Below, one piece after another: positions 28,830-42,442 of a stretch of 64,000 nt of DNA (position 1 is its first letter; every line of letters starts with the position of its first letter). The DNA lies in NCBI RefSeq assembly GCF_011045215.1, contig NZ_CP049201.1; one strand, given 5' to 3'. Under the pieces are notes generated by a model. The model ran no database searches. It was not told where the DNA came from and saw only the letters and a program-made list of their open reading frames with translations. The position numbers and the translations under genes are program-made. This DNA is from Escherichia coli. GTDB taxonomy: Bacteria > Pseudomonadota > Gammaproteobacteria > Enterobacterales > Enterobacteriaceae.

Positions 28830-28892
28830 GGTGATTACCTGTTCTTGATGCGTTGCCTGGTAAGCGGGTGCTTACCAGGCATTTTTAATGCG

Positions 28893-30782
28893 TTATGCGC
28901 TACGACGCAGCATACCCTGTTTTTTCAGCCACACCAGCAGAATGGAGATGGCCGCAGGCGTGACGCCAGAAATACGCGAAGCCTGGCCGATAGAGGCCGG
29001 TTTGTGATCGTTAAGTTTGGCGATCACTTCGTTAGAAAGACCGGATACCTGGCGGTAATCCAGTGTCGCGGGTAGCAGGGTGTTCTCGTTACGCAGCTGC
29101 TTTTCGATCTCATCTTGCTGGCGCGCGATATAACCTTCGTATTTAACCTGAATCTCAACCTGTTCCGCCGCCTGTTCGTCTGTCAACGCAGGGGCAAACG
29201 GCGTCAGCGTGGTTAATTTTTCATAAGTCATTTCCGGACGACGCAGCAGATCTTCACCACTGGCTTCACGGGAAAGCGGCGCAGTCAGGTGAGCATTCAC
29301 TTCGGCTGCAGCTTCCGCCGACGGGGTTACCCAGGTCGATTTCAGACGCTGACGCTCACGCTCAATATTCTCAAGTTTCTCGTTAAAGCGCGCCCAACGT
29401 TCGTCATCCACCAGGCCCAGTTCACGACCGATTTCAGTCAAACGCAGATCCGCATTATCTTCGCGCAGCATCAGACGATATTCTGCGCGCGAGGTAAACA
29501 TACGATACGGTTCTTTGGTTCCTAAAGTGCACAGGTCATCAACCAGTACGCCGAGATAGGCCTGAGAACGCGCCGGAGCCCAACCTTCTTTGTCAGCAGA
29601 CAGACGGGCAGCGTTAAGACCGGCCAGCAAACCTTGCGCAGCGGCTTCTTCGTAACCGGTAGTGCCGTTAATCTGACCAGCAAAGAACAGCCCCTGGATA
29701 AACTTGCTCTCCAGCGTCGGTTTCAGGTCGCGTGGATCGAAGAAGTCATACTCAATGGCATAACCCGGACGCACGATCTTCGCGTTTTCCATCCCCTGCA
29801 TGGAGCGGACGATTTGCATCTGCACATCGAACGGCAGGCTGGTGGAGATACCGTTCGGATAAATTTCGTTAGAGGTCAGCCCTTCCGGTTCAAGGAAGAT
29901 CTGATGCTGATTTCTGTCGGCGAAGCGCATGACTTTGTCTTCGATCGACGGGCAGTAGCGTGGGCCGACACCTTCGATCACCCCTGCGTACATTGGGCTA
30001 CGATCGAGGTTACTGCGGATCACATCATGGGTTTTCTCGTTGGTATGGGTGATATAACACGGCACCTGCTGTGGATGCTGGGACACATTGCCCATAAACG
30101 AGAATACCGGCATTGGGTTATCGCCATGCTGTTGCGCCAGCACGCTAAAGTCGATGGTTCGAGCATCAATACGCGGTGGTGTCCCGGTTTTCAGACGACC
30201 AACGCGTAGCGGAAGTTCACGCAAACGGCGAGAAAGCGGAATGGACGGCGGATCACCAGCACGGCCACCGCTGTAGTTATCCAGACCGATATGAATTTTA
30301 CCGTCGAGGAACGTCCCAACGGTGAGCACGACGGCTTTGGCACGGAACTTCAGTCCCATTTGGGTAACAGCACCGACCACACGATCGTTTTCGACAATAA
30401 GATCTTCAACCGCCTGCTGGAAGATCATCAGGTTCGGTTGGTTCTCCAGCGCCGTACGTACCGCCTGACGGTAGAGCACACGATCCGCCTGAGCTCGGGT
30501 AGCGCGAACTGCCGGTCCCTTGCTTGCGTTTAGTATCCTAAACTGGATACCCGCCTGATCGATCGCTTTCGCCATCAGACCGCCGAGTGCATCCACTTCT
30601 TTTACCAGATGTCCCTTCCCAATACCGCCGATCGCCGGGTTGCAGCTCATCTGCCCCAGAGTGTCGATATTGTGTGTCAAAAGCAGAGTCTGTTGACCCA
30701 TACGCGCCGCAGCCATCGCGGCCTCGGTGCCTGCATGACCCCCGCCAATGATGATGACGTCAAAAGGATCCGGATAAAACAT
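28893..30782 (-). CDS. mnmG: tRNA uridine 5-carboxymethylaminomethyl modification enzyme
   Basis: 629 aa, N-terminal FAD-binding [21 protein letters not shown]. Confidence 0.95.
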   Translation of the reverse strand: MFYPDPFDVIIIGGGHAGTEAAMAAARMGQQTLLLTHNIDTLGQMSCNPAIGGIGKGHLVKEVDALGGLMAKAIDQAGIQFRILNASKGPAVRATRAQADRVLYRQAVRTALENQPNLMIFQQAVEDLIVENDRVVGAVTQMGLKFRAKAVVLTVGTFLDGKIHIGLDNYSGGRAGDPPSIPLSRRLRELPLRVGRLKTGTPPRIDARTIDFSVLAQQHGDNPMPVFSFMGNVSQHPQQVPCYITHTNEKTHDVIRSNLDRSPMYAGVIEGVGPRYCPSIEDKVMRFADRNQHQIFLEPEGLTSNEIYPNGISTSLPFDVQMQIVRSMQGMENAKIVRPGYAIEYDFFDPRDLKPTLESKFIQGLFFAGQINGTTGYEEAAAQGLLAGLNAARLSADKEGWAPARSQAYLGVLVDDLCTLGTKEPYRMFTSRAEYRLMLREDNADLRLTEIGRELGLVDDERWARFNEKLENIERERQRLKSTWVTPSAEAAAEVNAHLTAPLSREASGEDLLRRPEMTYEKLTTLTPFAPALTDEQAAEQVEIQVKYEGYIARQQDEIEKQLRNENTLLPATLDYRQVSGLSNEVIAKLNDHKPASIGQASRISGVTPAAISILLVWLKKQGMLRRSA

Positions 30783-30886
30783 GGTGATTGCCTCGCATAA
30801 CGCGGTATGAAAATGGATTGAAGCCCGGGCCGTGGATTCTACTCAACTTTGTCGGCTTGAGAAAGACCTGGGATCCTGGGTATTAA

Positions 30887-31140
30887 AAAGAAGATCTATT
30901 TATTTAGAGATCTGTTCTATTGTGATCTCTTATTAGGATCGCACTGCCCTGTGGATAACAAGGATCCGGCTTTTAAGATCAACAACCTGGAAAGGATCAT
31001 TAACTGTGAATGATCGGTGATCCTGGACCGTATAAGCTGGGATCAGAATGAGGGGTTATACACAACTCAAAAACTGAACAACGGTTGTTCTTTGGATAAC
31101 TACCGGTTGATCCAAGCTTCCTGACAGAGTTATCCACAGT
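30887..31140. other. Chromosomal replication origin oriC
   Basis: Three AT-rich 13-mers GATCTnTTnTTTT (gatctatttattt, gatctgttctatt, gatctcttattag), DnaA boxes TGTGGATAA (30951) and TTATCCACA (31130), dense GATC sites, located between mnmG and mioC. Confidence 0.93.
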
Positions 31141-31160
31141 AGATCGCACGATCTGTATAC

Positions 31161-31604
31161 TTATTTGAGTAAATTAATCCACGATCCCAGCCATTCTTCT
31201 GCCGGATCTTCCGGAATGTCGTGATCAAGAATGTTGATCTTCAGTGTTTCGCCCGTCTGTTTTGCACCGGAATTTTTGAGTTCAGCCTCGAGTTTATCGA
31301 TAGCCCCACAAAAGGTGTCATATTCACGACTACCAATACCGATTGCGCCAAAGCGGACCGCAGAAAGATCGGGCTTCTGTTCCTGCAATGCTTCATAGAA
31401 AGGAGAAAGGTTGTCCGGAATATCTCCGGCACCGTGGGTGGAGCTGATAACCAGCCAGATCCCCGAGGCAGATAAATCTTCCAACAGCGGACCGTGCAGC
31501 GTTTCGGTGGTAAAACCCGCCTCTTCCAGCTTTTCAGCCAGGTGTTCTGCTACATATTCGGCACCGCCGAGGGTGCTGCCGCTGATAAGAGTGATATCTG
31601 CCAT
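31161..31604 (-). CDS. mioC: FMN-binding flavodoxin-like protein MioC
   Basis: 147 aa flavodoxin fold; synteny next to oriC. Confidence 0.92.
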   Translation of the reverse strand: MADITLISGSTLGGAEYVAEHLAEKLEEAGFTTETLHGPLLEDLSASGIWLVISSTHGAGDIPDNLSPFYEALQEQKPDLSAVRFGAIGIGSREYDTFCGAIDKLEAELKNSGAKQTGETLKINILDHDIPEDPAEEWLGSWINLLK

Positions 31605-31693
31605 AAACCGCCACCTTTATTAAGAGTGGCGTATTGTACGCTGTGAACGCGTTGGGATCTACCTGTGGAAAAGTATGGGATTAAAAAAGCCGA

Positions 31694-32152
31694 TCAGGGC
31701 TTGATGGTACGCATGATCGGGTTCTGCAGGACGATCAGTGTCTCGGTGGACTGAATTTCATCAATTGTTTGGATCTTGTTGATAAGTACATGCTGGAGAG
31801 CATCGATCGAACGGCACATCACTTTTATAAAGATGCTGTAGTGGCCGGTGGTGTAGTACGCCTCGGTCACTTCATCGAGACTTTCCAGCTTTGCCAGCGC
31901 GGAAGGATAGTCTTTGGCGCTCTTTAATATAATGCCGATAAAGCAGCCTACGTCATAACCGAGCTGCTTCGGGCTGACATCAATACGCGCCCCGGTAATG
32001 ATTCCCGCCTGCTTCATTTTCTCTACTCGAACGTGAATCGTCCCCGGACTGACGCCAAATTGTTTCGCCAGTTCGGCGTAAGCGGTGCGCGCATTGCCCA
32101 TTAATGCTTCCAGGATGCCACGGTCCAGATTGTCGATTAGATAATTTTCCAT
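31694..32152 (-). CDS. asnC: Lrp/AsnC-family transcriptional regulator AsnC
   Basis: 152 aa with N-terminal HTH; divergent from asnA. Confidence 0.92.
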   Translation of the reverse strand: MENYLIDNLDRGILEALMGNARTAYAELAKQFGVSPGTIHVRVEKMKQAGIITGARIDVSPKQLGYDVGCFIGIILKSAKDYPSALAKLESLDEVTEAYYTTGHYSIFIKVMCRSIDALQHVLINKIQTIDEIQSTETLIVLQNPIMRTIKP

Positions 32153-32303
32153 AGGATTTTCTTATGCGGATTGATGATTCATTCTATTTTAGCCTTCTTT
32201 TTTAATGAATCAAAAGTGTGTTAGGCTTTTTATTGAATGATTATTGCATGTGTGTCGGTTTTTGTTGCTTAATCATAAGCAACAGGACGCAGGAGTATAA
32301 AAA

Positions 32304-33296
32304 ATGAAAACCGCTTACATTGCCAAACAACGCCAAATTAGCTTCGTGAAATCTCACTTTTCTCGCCAACTGGAAGAACGTCTGGGGCTGATCGAAGTCC
32401 AGGCGCCGATTCTTAGCCGTGTGGGGGATGGCACGCAGGATAACTTGTCGGGCTGTGAAAAAGCGGTGCAGGTAAAAGTGAAAGCTCTGCCTGATGCCCA
32501 GTTCGAAGTGGTTCATTCACTGGCGAAGTGGAAACGTCAGACCTTAGGGCAACACGACTTCAGCGCGGGCGAAGGGCTGTACACGCACATGAAAGCCCTT
32601 CGCCCCGATGAAGACCGTCTTTCTCCGTTGCACTCGGTCTATGTTGACCAGTGGGACTGGGAACGCGTAATGGGCGACGGTGAGCGTCAATTCTCGACTC
32701 TGAAAAGCACGGTAGAGGCGATCTGGGCGGGAATTAAAGCAACCGAAGCTGCGGTTAGCGAAGAGTTTGGCCTGGCACCGTTCCTGCCGGATCAGATCCA
32801 CTTCATACACAGCCAGGAGTTACTGTCTCGTTATCCGGATCTTGATGCCAAAGGGCGTGAGCGGGCGATAGCGAAAGATCTTGGTGCGGTATTCCTTGTC
32901 GGGATTGGCGGCAAGCTGAGCGATGGTCATCGCCACGACGTGCGCGCACCGGATTATGATGACTGGAGCACCCCGTCAGAGCTGGGCCATGCGGGTCTGA
33001 ACGGCGATATTCTGGTGTGGAACCCTGTACTGGAAGATGCGTTTGAGCTTTCTTCCATGGGGATCCGCGTGGATGCCGACACGCTGAAGCATCAGCTGGC
33101 GCTGACCGGTGACGAAGATCGCCTGGAGCTGGAGTGGCATCAGGCGCTGCTGCGCGGTGAAATGCCGCAGACCATCGGCGGCGGTATCGGCCAGTCTCGT
33201 TTGACCATGCTGCTGCTGCAACTGCCGCATATCGGCCAGGTTCAGTGTGGTGTATGGCCAGCTGCTGTTCGCGAGAGCGTCCCTTCTCTGCTGTAA
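32304..33296 (+). CDS. asnA: Aspartate--ammonia ligase (asparagine synthetase A)
   Basis: 330 aa, [19 protein letters not shown]. Confidence 0.95.
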   Translation: MKTAYIAKQRQISFVKSHFSRQLEERLGLIEVQAPILSRVGDGTQDNLSGCEKAVQVKVKALPDAQFEVVHSLAKWKRQTLGQHDFSAGEGLYTHMKALRPDEDRLSPLHSVYVDQWDWERVMGDGERQFSTLKSTVEAIWAGIKATEAAVSEEFGLAPFLPDQIHFIHSQELLSRYPDLDAKGRERAIAKDLGAVFLVGIGGKLSDGHRHDVRAPDYDDWSTPSELGHAGLNGDILVWNPVLEDAFELSSMGIRVDADTLKHQLALTGDEDRLELEWHQALLRGEMPQTIGGGIGQSRLTMLLLQLPHIGQVQCGVWPAAVRESVPSLL

Positions 33297-33300
33297 TAAT

Positions 33301-34752
33301 TTATCGCCGCCAGCGTCTGAGCAGGCGGCTTCGCATCCCGGTATCAAAGCGCCAGATATGATCGAAAATGCGCATGATGCCGGGTTTGCCATGTGCAGAC
33401 ATCGCCACGGCATGAAAGCGATGCTGATGTACCCGCTGCAGCTCTTTCACTTTACTCGTCACGTCGTCAGGCAACCGCTGGGCGATAAAATCAGAAATCA
33501 CCACCGCATCGGCATCAAACCATTCCCTGCTTTGCAAGCGTTCCATAATGGCGCGAAAACAACTGGCAAGATCGGTGCCGCCACGAAACTGCTGGCTTAA
33601 AAAACGGATTGCTTGTTCGATGCCTTGTGGGCCTGAAAGCTCATAACGGACGATCTCGGTGGAAAATAGCATAATATAGCAGCGCCGGTTTTCAGCGAGA
33701 GCAATGCGCATCAAAGCCAGGCAGAACGCTTTCGCACACTGTTCATTAAAGCCGCCCATTGAGCCGGAAGTATCCACGCAGACAATAAACGGTCCGCGCG
33801 GCTGTTCGTCGTAATCTTTATGCACCACCGGGCGTTCGATCACTTTTTCACGCCACGACTCACCGTGCAGGCGATAGGTGAGCAACTGTTTTTCCACCAG
33901 CCGACGGTAAAACTCATACTCCAGTTCCGTTATCCCTAGTGTCGCCAGTTCTGGCGGCAGAAGACGTAAAATATCATCGCTTTGTTGCAGACCATCAACC
34001 TGCTCAGGAACCGTCGCCGGTTCGCGCACCATGGTGCGGAAGGTTTCCATCTGCGCATCGTTGCGCGGTATTGATTTGGCTTCCCGGGAACGCCCCAGCT
34101 GTTCTGCCAGGCGTTTCAGTTCCGGCTGTTCGTTAAGAAATTCACCGTATTTCACAATCAACTGATAGTCGCCACGTTTAAGCTGACCGGCGCTCATATC
34201 CCACAGACGACCAGCTGCGGTATTGTTATCTGCGAGAATCGGTTCAAGTTGTCCGCTCAGCGTCATGCGTTCCTGAACTTCACTTAACAGTTGTTCGCGT
34301 TCTTCTTCTAATAGCTGTTGATTTAACGTCGTTGCTTGCACGATCAGACTTAAACGCCAACGCTGGAGGAAAAGCGTATGTAACGCTGAAGTGATCGTGC
34401 TGTTAGCATCAACCAACTGTCGGGCTTGTTCTGCCCATGGGGAATTCAGACGATGCAGTAAGTCCAGGATCTGTGGTAGCTGCACAATAAACTGCGGCGT
34501 GGAGAGGAGCTGGCTTTGCTGATAGCACATCACCTCTTCGGTGAGTTCCGGCGGGACTCGGGCATCTTTCAGCCGACTGCGCAGCGCCTCACGCCAGCGG
34601 GGAACATCATCAGTGATTGCCGCCTTCAGTCGTGGGAATTTTTCAAAGAAGACTGCCAGCTGCGGTGAGGCCAGCAGCGCGATGATCATCTCTTCGATCA
34701 ATCCCTCTTCGCTGACGGCCAGCATCACATTAAGCGTATCCAGCGTTAGCAT
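33301..34752 (-). CDS. viaA: VWA-domain protein interacting with RavA
   Basis: 483 aa, C-terminal VWA metal-binding region (VCVDTSGSM); overlaps ravA stop. Confidence 0.9.
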
Positions 34753-36242
34753 TGTTGTGCCTGGCGAATCTGTGCACTGACATCCTGTAGGCTGGCTTCA
34801 ATGCGACCTAACCAGTCGCCAGGGATAAACAGACATCTTTGCTGTTCGCTGAATAAAGCGTGTTGCTTGCGCCAGTCGCTTTCAAGCTCTTCCAGTTGTT
34901 GTTTTATTTCACCTGGCAGACCTTCAGCCGATGAACCGGGAAGTGCCAGCGTACTGCCTTGTAAACTTACATCGCGTACAACAAGATGTTGGGCGCTATC
35001 CACTTCCAGATTCAATTTCTGGGCAAAGCCGATACCGTTCAGTTTGCCGCGAATTTCACCACCTTTACTCAGCCACTGTTCCAGCGCGTTACGCTCAAAG
35101 GAGATATGAACCACTTCCATATCATGCAATTTTAACGGTTTTTGCAGCAGCAGAGTCAGAGTGGAAGCAGTAACGTTAACAGGAAGTTGATACTGCTGAC
35201 GACGGCTGAAAATGCCGCCCAGACGAATTACCGTTAAGGCTGTTTTATCGCTTTGTTGCTGCTGGAGTTGCAGGTGACGTTGCACAATCGCGCCAAGGCG
35301 AGTCAACATCCCTTGCTGTTGCCAGGCGTGACCGGTCATCAATACATCAATTTGTTGTTGTATCAAATTCAGGCTTTGCGCGTCATACCACAGGCAATCT
35401 TTTAGCAAAATGAGATCAACCGGGGCAACAGCACTGCGACCGCTAAAAAAGGCGCTGGCCTGCAATAATCGAATCGCTTTTTTCCAGCGACGATCCGAGA
35501 CATAAGGCGCATCCGGTAATTTATCCAGTTGCTGGCGCAGCATAAAAATCAGCTCAAATACATGATCGGGCAGCGTAATTTCACCAATCTCTTTCTGCCA
35601 GCGTTCATATTCTTCATCTGTGACCTGCAAGGAGGCTGGAACCGGATTGTCATTTTCATCCTGTTGACTGGTCAGCATGGAGCGGAAATTCGCTTTATCC
35701 TGCACTTTATCTAACCACAGACGAATCAGCATGCGGTCATATAACGCTTCCAGACTGCTGTCTGCTTCCGGCAGCTCGTTGGAGGCCGCCACCAGTAGAC
35801 GCATCGGGATTTTTTCTACGTGTGCACCGTTGCGGAACTGGCGCTCGTTAATGGCGGTGAGCAAGGTATTAAGAATTGCCGGGCCCGCTTTCCAGATCTC
35901 ATCCAGAAAGACAATTTCTGCTTCTGGCAGGTAACCGCTGGTTAAACGTTCATAGCGCCCTTCATCTTTTAGCGCCTGAATAGAAAGGGGACCAAAAACC
36001 TCTTCCGGCGTGGAGAAGCGAGTCATCAGATATTCAAACGCGCGGGCATTCTGAAAGGCGAATTTTAAGCGCCGGGCGATCAAACTTTTGGCAATACCTG
36101 GCGGGCCAAGGAGGAACACACTTTCACCACTTAATGCCGCTAATAAACACAAGCGGATGGCGTGGCTACGTTCATAAAGCCCCTTTTCCAACGAACTGCT
36201 CAGGCGGGAAATTCTTTCCGCTAATAAATGAGGGTGAGCCAT
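34746..36242 (-). CDS. ravA: MoxR-family AAA+ ATPase RavA
   Basis: Start taken at [11 protein letters not shown]; Walker A GPPGIAKS. Confidence 0.9.
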
Positions 36243-36464
36243 AATGAAGTGGCGTCCTTTCGTCAAAAGTTCTGCGTAAATTGCGAGTATAGACGTTTCT
36301 TGCTGGTGGCTAAAATAGTCTCAAAGGGGGGGTATTTTTCTTTGAGCCAGGTTAATGTGGCCGCATTTAGGAGTACGATTTTGCCGTTAATCGTGCATAC
36401 TGTGCGCTTTTTTGTGGGCCAAGGGACTAAGCACACATTTCATATTTCAACGAAAGACTAGTCT

Positions 36465-38333
36465 ATGAGCACTGATAATAAGCAATCATTGCCCGCGATT
36501 ACCCTCGCGGCGATTGGAGTTGTCTACGGCGATATTGGTACCAGCCCGTTATATACACTTCGTGAATGTTTGTCCGGCCAGTTTGGTTTTGGCGTTGAAC
36601 GCGATGCCGTGTTTGGCTTTTTATCGCTGATCTTCTGGCTGCTAATCTTTGTGGTTTCCATTAAATATCTCACCTTCGTGATGCGGGCAGATAACGCCGG
36701 TGAAGGGGGGATCCTGACGTTGATGTCGCTTGCCGGGCGTAATACGTCGGCGCGAACCACATCAATGCTGGTGATTATGGGGCTAATCGGCGGCAGCTTT
36801 TTCTATGGTGAAGTCGTCATAACACCCGCTATTTCGGTGATGTCAGCCATTGAAGGTCTGGAAATCGTCGCCCCGCAGCTGGATACCTGGATAGTTCCCC
36901 TCTCAATTATCGTTCTCACTTTATTATTTATGATTCAAAAGCATGGCACGGCTATGGTCGGTAAGCTGTTTGCGCCGATCATGCTGACCTGGTTTTTGAT
37001 TCTGGCAGGACTGGGGTTACGTAGCATTATTGCTAACCCGGAAGTGCTGCATGCGCTGAATCCGATGTGGGCGGTGCATTTCTTCCTTGAATACAAAACG
37101 GTTTCTTTTATTGCATTAGGGGCAGTGGTGCTGTCGATTACGGGGGTCGAGGCGCTGTATGCTGATATGGGGCACTTTGGTAAGTTCCCTATTCGCCTGG
37201 CGTGGTTCACCGTCGTATTACCTTCCTTGACCCTTAATTACTTCGGTCAGGGAGCGTTGTTGTTAAAGAACCCGGAAGCGATTAAGAACCCGTTCTTCCT
37301 GTTGGCACCGGACTGGGCGCTGATCCCACTGCTGATCATCGCCGCACTGGCGACGGTAATTGCCTCGCAGGCGGTTATTTCGGGCGTCTTCTCATTGACG
37401 CGTCAGGCGGTACGTCTGGGATATTTGTCGCCGATGCGCATTATTCACACCTCCGAAATGGAGTCAGGGCAAATCTATATTCCGTTTGTGAACTGGATGC
37501 TCTATGTCGCGGTCGTGATTGTGATTGTCAGCTTTGAGCACTCCAGCAACCTGGCGGCGGCGTACGGGATTGCGGTGACCGGAACCATGGTGCTGACGTC
37601 TATTCTCTCGACGACTGTGGCACGTCAGAACTGGCACTGGAATAAGTATTTTGTTGCGCTGATCCTGATTGCTTTCCTTTGTGTCGATATTCCATTGTTC
37701 ACCGCTAACCTCGATAAACTGCTCTCCGGCGGCTGGTTGCCATTGAGCCTCGGTACTGTGATGTTTATGGTGATGACCACCTGGAAGAGCGAGCGTTTCC
37801 GCTTGCTGCGGCGGATGCATGAACATGGTAACTCTCTGGAAGCGATGATTGCTTCGCTGGAGAAATCACCGCCCGTTCGCGTGCCCGGGACCGCGGTGTA
37901 TATGTCGCGTGCAATCAACGTCATTCCCTTTGCGCTGATGCATAACCTTAAACATAACAAGGTATTGCATGAGAGGGTTATTCTGTTAACTCTGCGCACC
38001 GAAGACGCGCCATATGTCCATAACGTCCGTCGGGTACAGATTGAACAACTGTCGCCCACTTTCTGGCGCGTGGTGGCAAGTTATGGTTGGCGAGAAACGC
38101 CAAACGTGGAAGAAGTTTTCCACCGCTGCGGTCTGGAAGGATTAAGTTGCCGGATGATGGAAACCTCCTTCTTTATGTCGCATGAGTCGTTGATCCTCGG
38201 CAAACGCCCGTGGTATTTGCGTCTGCGCGGCAAGCTGTACTTGCTGCTGCAACGTAATGCGCTGCGTGCACCAGATCAATTTGAAATCCCGCCAAACAGG
38301 GTTATCGAACTGGGTACTCAGGTCGAAATCTAA
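36465..38333 (+). CDS. kup: Low-affinity K+ uptake transporter Kup
   Basis: 622 aa polytopic transporter, [30 protein letters not shown]. Confidence 0.95.
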   Translation: MSTDNKQSLPAITLAAIGVVYGDIGTSPLYTLRECLSGQFGFGVERDAVFGFLSLIFWLLIFVVSIKYLTFVMRADNAGEGGILTLMSLAGRNTSARTTSMLVIMGLIGGSFFYGEVVITPAISVMSAIEGLEIVAPQLDTWIVPLSIIVLTLLFMIQKHGTAMVGKLFAPIMLTWFLILAGLGLRSIIANPEVLHALNPMWAVHFFLEYKTVSFIALGAVVLSITGVEALYADMGHFGKFPIRLAWFTVVLPSLTLNYFGQGALLLKNPEAIKNPFFLLAPDWALIPLLIIAALATVIASQAVISGVFSLTRQAVRLGYLSPMRIIHTSEMESGQIYIPFVNWMLYVAVVIVIVSFEHSSNLAAAYGIAVTGTMVLTSILSTTVARQNWHWNKYFVALILIAFLCVDIPLFTANLDKLLSGGWLPLSLGTVMFMVMTTWKSERFRLLRRMHEHGNSLEAMIASLEKSPPVRVPGTAVYMSRAINVIPFALMHNLKHNKVLHERVILLTLRTEDAPYVHNVRRVQIEQLSPTFWRVVASYGWRETPNVEEVFHRCGLEGLSCRMMETSFFMSHESLILGKRPWYLRLRGKLYLLLQRNALRAPDQFEIPPNRVIELGTQVEI

Positions 38334-38469
38334 CGCCAGACGCCTCCTTTCTCCATAAGGGGGCGTTTTTGTTTTCATGGTTAATCACCATGTAAAACGT
38401 TTCGAGGTTGATCACATTTCCGTAACGTCACGATGGTTTTCCCAACTCAGTCAGGATTAAACTGCGGGT

Positions 38470-38487
38470 CAGCGAAACGTTTCGCTG
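38470..38487. promoter_or_regulatory. rbs operator (RbsR binding palindrome) in rbsD promoter region
   Basis: Perfect palindrome CAGCGAAACGTTTCGCTG immediately upstream of rbsD. Confidence 0.75.
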
Positions 38488-38499
38488 ATGGAGAAAAAA

Positions 38500-38919
38500 A
38501 TGAAAAAAGGCACCGTTCTTAATTCTGATATTTCATCGGTGATCTCCCGTCTGGGACATACCGATACGCTGGTGGTGTGTGATGCTGGTTTACCCATCCC
38601 CAAAAGTACAACGCGTATCGATATGGCATTAACCCAGGGTGTACCTTCTTTTATGCAGGTGCTGGGCGTCGTCACAAATGAAATGCAGGTCGAGGCTGCC
38701 ATTATCGCGGAAGAGATCAAACAACATAATCCGCAACTCCACGAAACGTTGCTCACTCACCTTGAGCAGCTGCAAAAACACCAGGGAAATACCATTGAAA
38801 TTCGTTACACCACGCATGAACAATTCAAACAACAAACCGCAGAAAGTCAGGCGGTAATTCGCAGCGGAGAATGTTCTCCGTATGCGAATATCATTCTCTG
38901 TGCTGGCGTGACGTTCTGA
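38500..38919 (+). CDS. rbsD: D-ribose pyranase
   Basis: Start taken at [20 protein letters not shown] (139 aa). Confidence 0.92.
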   Translation: MKKGTVLNSDISSVISRLGHTDTLVVCDAGLPIPKSTTRIDMALTQGVPSFMQVLGVVTNEMQVEAAIIAEEIKQHNPQLHETLLTHLEQLQKHQGNTIEIRYTTHEQFKQQTAESQAVIRSGECSPYANIILCAGVTF

Positions 38920-38926
38920 GGCCGTC

Positions 38927-40432
38927 ATGGAAGCATTACTTCAGCTTAAAGGCATCGATAAAGCCTTCCCGGGCGTAAAAGCCCTCTCGGGCGCAGCGTT
39001 AAATGTCTATCCGGGCCGCGTGATGGCGCTGGTGGGCGAAAACGGCGCGGGTAAATCCACCATGATGAAAGTGCTTACTGGCATCTATACTCGCGATGCC
39101 GGTACGCTTTTATGGCTGGGGAAAGAAACGACATTTACCGGGCCGAAATCTTCCCAGGAAGCCGGGATTGGGATTATCCATCAGGAACTGAACCTGATCC
39201 CGCAGTTAACCATTGCCGAAAACATTTTCCTCGGTCGTGAGTTTGTTAATCGCTTTGGCAAAATTGACTGGAAAACCATGTATGCCGAAGCGGATAAATT
39301 GCTGGCTAAACTTAACCTGCGCTTTAAAAGCGACAAGCTGGTGGGCGATCTTTCCATCGGTGACCAGCAAATGGTTGAAATAGCCAAAGTGCTGAGCTTT
39401 GAGTCGAAAGTCATCATTATGGATGAACCGACCGATGCGCTGACCGATACCGAAACCGAATCCCTGTTCCGCGTCATCCGCGAGCTGAAATCGCAAGGCC
39501 GCGGCATTGTCTATATCTCCCACCGTATGAAAGAAATCTTCGAGATTTGCGATGACGTTACCGTTTTTCGTGACGGACAATTTATTGCTGAGCGCGAAGT
39601 GGCATCACTGACCGAAGATTCGCTGATTGAGATGATGGTGGGTCGCAAGCTGGAAGATCAATATCCGCACCTGGACAAAGCGCCGGGAGATATCCGCCTG
39701 AAAGTCGATAATCTCTGCGGACCTGGCGTTAACGATGTCTCTTTTACTTTACGCAAAGGCGAAATTCTTGGCGTCTCTGGTTTGATGGGCGCAGGTCGTA
39801 CCGAACTGATGAAAGTGCTCTACGGCGCACTATCGCGCACCAGCGGTTACGTCACCCTGGATGGGCATGAAGTCGTTACCCGTTCACCGCAGGATGGCCT
39901 GGCAAACGGCATTGTGTATATCTCCGAAGACCGTAAACGTGACGGTTTAGTGTTGGGCATGTCAGTAAAAGAGAACATGTCGCTGACCGCGCTGCGCTAC
40001 TTCAGCCGCGCTGGCGGCAGTTTGAAGCATGCCGATGAACAGCAGGCAGTGAGTGATTTTATTCGCCTGTTCAATGTGAAAACGCCGTCGATGGAACAGG
40101 CAATTGGTCTGCTTTCCGGTGGCAATCAGCAAAAAGTGGCGATTGCCCGCGGTCTGATGACACGGCCCAAAGTATTGATCCTTGATGAACCTACCCGTGG
40201 CGTAGATGTCGGCGCGAAAAAAGAGATCTATCAACTGATTAACCAGTTCAAAGCCGATGGCTTGAGCATCATTCTGGTGTCATCGGAGATGCCAGAAGTA
40301 TTAGGCATGAGCGATCGCATCATCGTCATGCATGAAGGGCATCTCAGCGGGGAATTTACTCGTGAGCAGGCCACCCAGGAAGTGTTAATGGCTGCCGCTG
40401 TGGGCAAGCTTAATCGCGTGAATCAGGAGTAA
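38927..40432 (+). CDS. rbsA: Ribose ABC transporter ATP-binding protein (duplicated ABC domains)
   Basis: 501 aa, two Walker A motifs (GENGAGKST and GLMGAGRTE). Confidence 0.95.
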   Translation: MEALLQLKGIDKAFPGVKALSGAALNVYPGRVMALVGENGAGKSTMMKVLTGIYTRDAGTLLWLGKETTFTGPKSSQEAGIGIIHQELNLIPQLTIAENIFLGREFVNRFGKIDWKTMYAEADKLLAKLNLRFKSDKLVGDLSIGDQQMVEIAKVLSFESKVIIMDEPTDALTDTETESLFRVIRELKSQGRGIVYISHRMKEIFEICDDVTVFRDGQFIAEREVASLTEDSLIEMMVGRKLEDQYPHLDKAPGDIRLKVDNLCGPGVNDVSFTLRKGEILGVSGLMGAGRTELMKVLYGALSRTSGYVTLDGHEVVTRSPQDGLANGIVYISEDRKRDGLVLGMSVKENMSLTALRYFSRAGGSLKHADEQQAVSDFIRLFNVKTPSMEQAIGLLSGGNQQKVAIARGLMTRPKVLILDEPTRGVDVGAKKEIYQLINQFKADGLSIILVSSEMPEVLGMSDRIIVMHEGHLSGEFTREQATQEVLMAAAVGKLNRVNQE

Positions 40433-40436
40433 AAAA

Positions 40437-41402
40437 ATGACAACCCAGACTGTCTCTGGTCGCCGTTATTTCACGAAAGCGTGGCTGATGGAGCAGAAAT
40501 CGCTTATCGCTCTGCTGGTGCTGATCGCGATTGTCTCGACGTTAAGTCCGAACTTTTTCACCATCAATAACTTATTCAATATTCTCCAGCAAACTTCGGT
40601 GAACGCCATTATGGCGGTCGGGATGACGCTGGTGATCCTGACGTCGGGCATCGACTTGTCGGTAGGTTCGCTGTTGGCGCTAACCGGCGCAGTTGCTGCA
40701 TCTATCGTCGGCATTGAAGTCAATGCGCTGGTGGCTGTCGCTGCTGCTCTCGCGTTAGGTGCCGCAATTGGTGCGGTAACCGGGGTGATTGTAGCGAAAG
40801 GTCGCGTCCAGGCGTTTATCGCTACGCTGGTTATGATGCTTTTACTGCGCGGCGTGACCATGGTTTATACCAACGGTAGCCCAGTGAATACCGGCTTTAC
40901 TGAGAACGCCGATCTGTTTGGCTGGTTTGGTATTGGTCGTCCGCTGGGCGTACCGACGCCAGTCTGGATCATGGGGATTGTCTTCCTCGCGGCCTGGTAC
41001 ATGCTGCATCACACGCGTCTGGGGCGTTACATCTACGCGCTGGGCGGCAACGAAGCGGCAACGCGTCTTTCTGGTATCAACGTCAATAAAATCAAAATCA
41101 TCGTCTATTCTCTTTGTGGTCTGCTGGCATCGCTGGCCGGGATTATTGAAGTGGCGCGTCTCTCCTCCGCACAACCCACGGCGGGGACTGGCTATGAGCT
41201 GGATGCTATTGCTGCGGTGGTTCTGGGCGGTACGAGTCTGGCGGGCGGAAAAGGTCGCATTGTTGGGACGTTGATCGGCGCATTAATTCTTGGCTTCCTT
41301 AATAATGGATTGAATTTGTTAGGTGTTTCCTCCTATTACCAGATGATCGTCAAAGCGGTGGTGATTTTGCTGGCGGTGCTGGTAGACAACAAAAAGCAGT
41401 AA
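40437..41402 (+). CDS. rbsC: Ribose ABC transporter permease
   Basis: 321 aa membrane protein. Confidence 0.93.
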   Translation: MTTQTVSGRRYFTKAWLMEQKSLIALLVLIAIVSTLSPNFFTINNLFNILQQTSVNAIMAVGMTLVILTSGIDLSVGSLLALTGAVAASIVGIEVNALVAVAAALALGAAIGAVTGVIVAKGRVQAFIATLVMMLLLRGVTMVYTNGSPVNTGFTENADLFGWFGIGRPLGVPTPVWIMGIVFLAAWYMLHHTRLGRYIYALGGNEAATRLSGINVNKIKIIVYSLCGLLASLAGIIEVARLSSAQPTAGTGYELDAIAAVVLGGTSLAGGKGRIVGTLIGALILGFLNNGLNLLGVSSYYQMIVKAVVILLAVLVDNKKQ

Positions 41403-41426
41403 TAACGACTACAGGACATCTTGAAT

Positions 41427-42317
41427 ATGAACATGAAAAAACTGGCTACCCTGGTTTCCGCTGTTGCGCTAAGCGCCACCGTCAGTGCGAATGCGATGGC
41501 AAAAGACACCATCGCGCTGGTGGTCTCCACGCTTAACAACCCGTTCTTTGTATCGCTGAAAGATGGCGCGCAGAAAGAGGCGGATAAACTTGGCTATAAC
41601 CTGGTGGTGCTGGACTCCCAGAACAACCCGGCGAAAGAGCTGGCGAACGTGCAGGACTTAACCGTTCGCGGCACAAAAATTCTGCTGATTAACCCGACCG
41701 ACTCCGACGCAGTAGGTAATGCTGTGAAGATGGCTAACCAGGCGAACATCCCGGTTATCACTCTTGACCGCCAGGCAACGAAAGGTGAAGTGGTGAGCCA
41801 TATTGCATCTGATAACGTACTGGGCGGCAAAATCGCCGGTGATTACATCGCGAAGAAAGCGGGTGAAGGTGCCAAAGTTATCGAGCTGCAAGGCATTGCT
41901 GGTACATCCGCAGCCCGTGAACGTGGCGAAGGCTTCCAGCAGGCCGTTGCTGCTCACAAGTTTAATGTTCTTGCCAGCCAGCCAGCAGATTTTGATCGCA
42001 CCAAAGGTTTGAACGTAATGCAGAACCTGTTGACCGCTCATCCGGATGTTCAGGCTGTATTTGCGCAGAATGATGAAATGGCGCTGGGCGCGCTGCGCGC
42101 ACTGCAAACTGCCGGTAAATCGGATGTGATGGTCGTCGGATTTGACGGTACACCGGATGGCGAAAAAGCGGTTAATGATGGCAAACTAGCAGCGACTATC
42201 GCTCAGCTACCCGATCAGATTGGCGCGAAAGGCGTTGAAACCGCAGATAAAGTGCTGAAAGGCGAGAAAGTTCAGGCTAAGTATCCGGTTGATCTAAAAC
42301 TGGTTGTTAAGCAGTAG
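41427..42317 (+). CDS. rbsB: Periplasmic ribose-binding protein
   Basis: Start taken at [13 protein letters not shown] (signal peptide); the ORF track begins 2 codons earlier. Confidence 0.93.
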   Translation: MNMKKLATLVSAVALSATVSANAMAKDTIALVVSTLNNPFFVSLKDGAQKEADKLGYNLVVLDSQNNPAKELANVQDLTVRGTKILLINPTDSDAVGNAVKMANQANIPVITLDRQATKGEVVSHIASDNVLGGKIAGDYIAKKAGEGAKVIELQGIAGTSAARERGEGFQQAVAAHKFNVLASQPADFDRTKGLNVMQNLLTAHPDVQAVFAQNDEMALGALRALQTAGKSDVMVVGFDGTPDGEKAVNDGKLAATIAQLPDQIGAKGVETADKVLKGEKVQAKYPVDLKLVVKQ

Positions 42318-42442
42318 TTTTAATCAGGTTGTATGACCTGATGGTGACATAAATACGTCATCGACAGATGAACGTGTAATATAAAGAAAAGCAGGGCACG
42401 CGCCACCCTAACACGGTGGCGCATTTTATGGACATCCCGAAT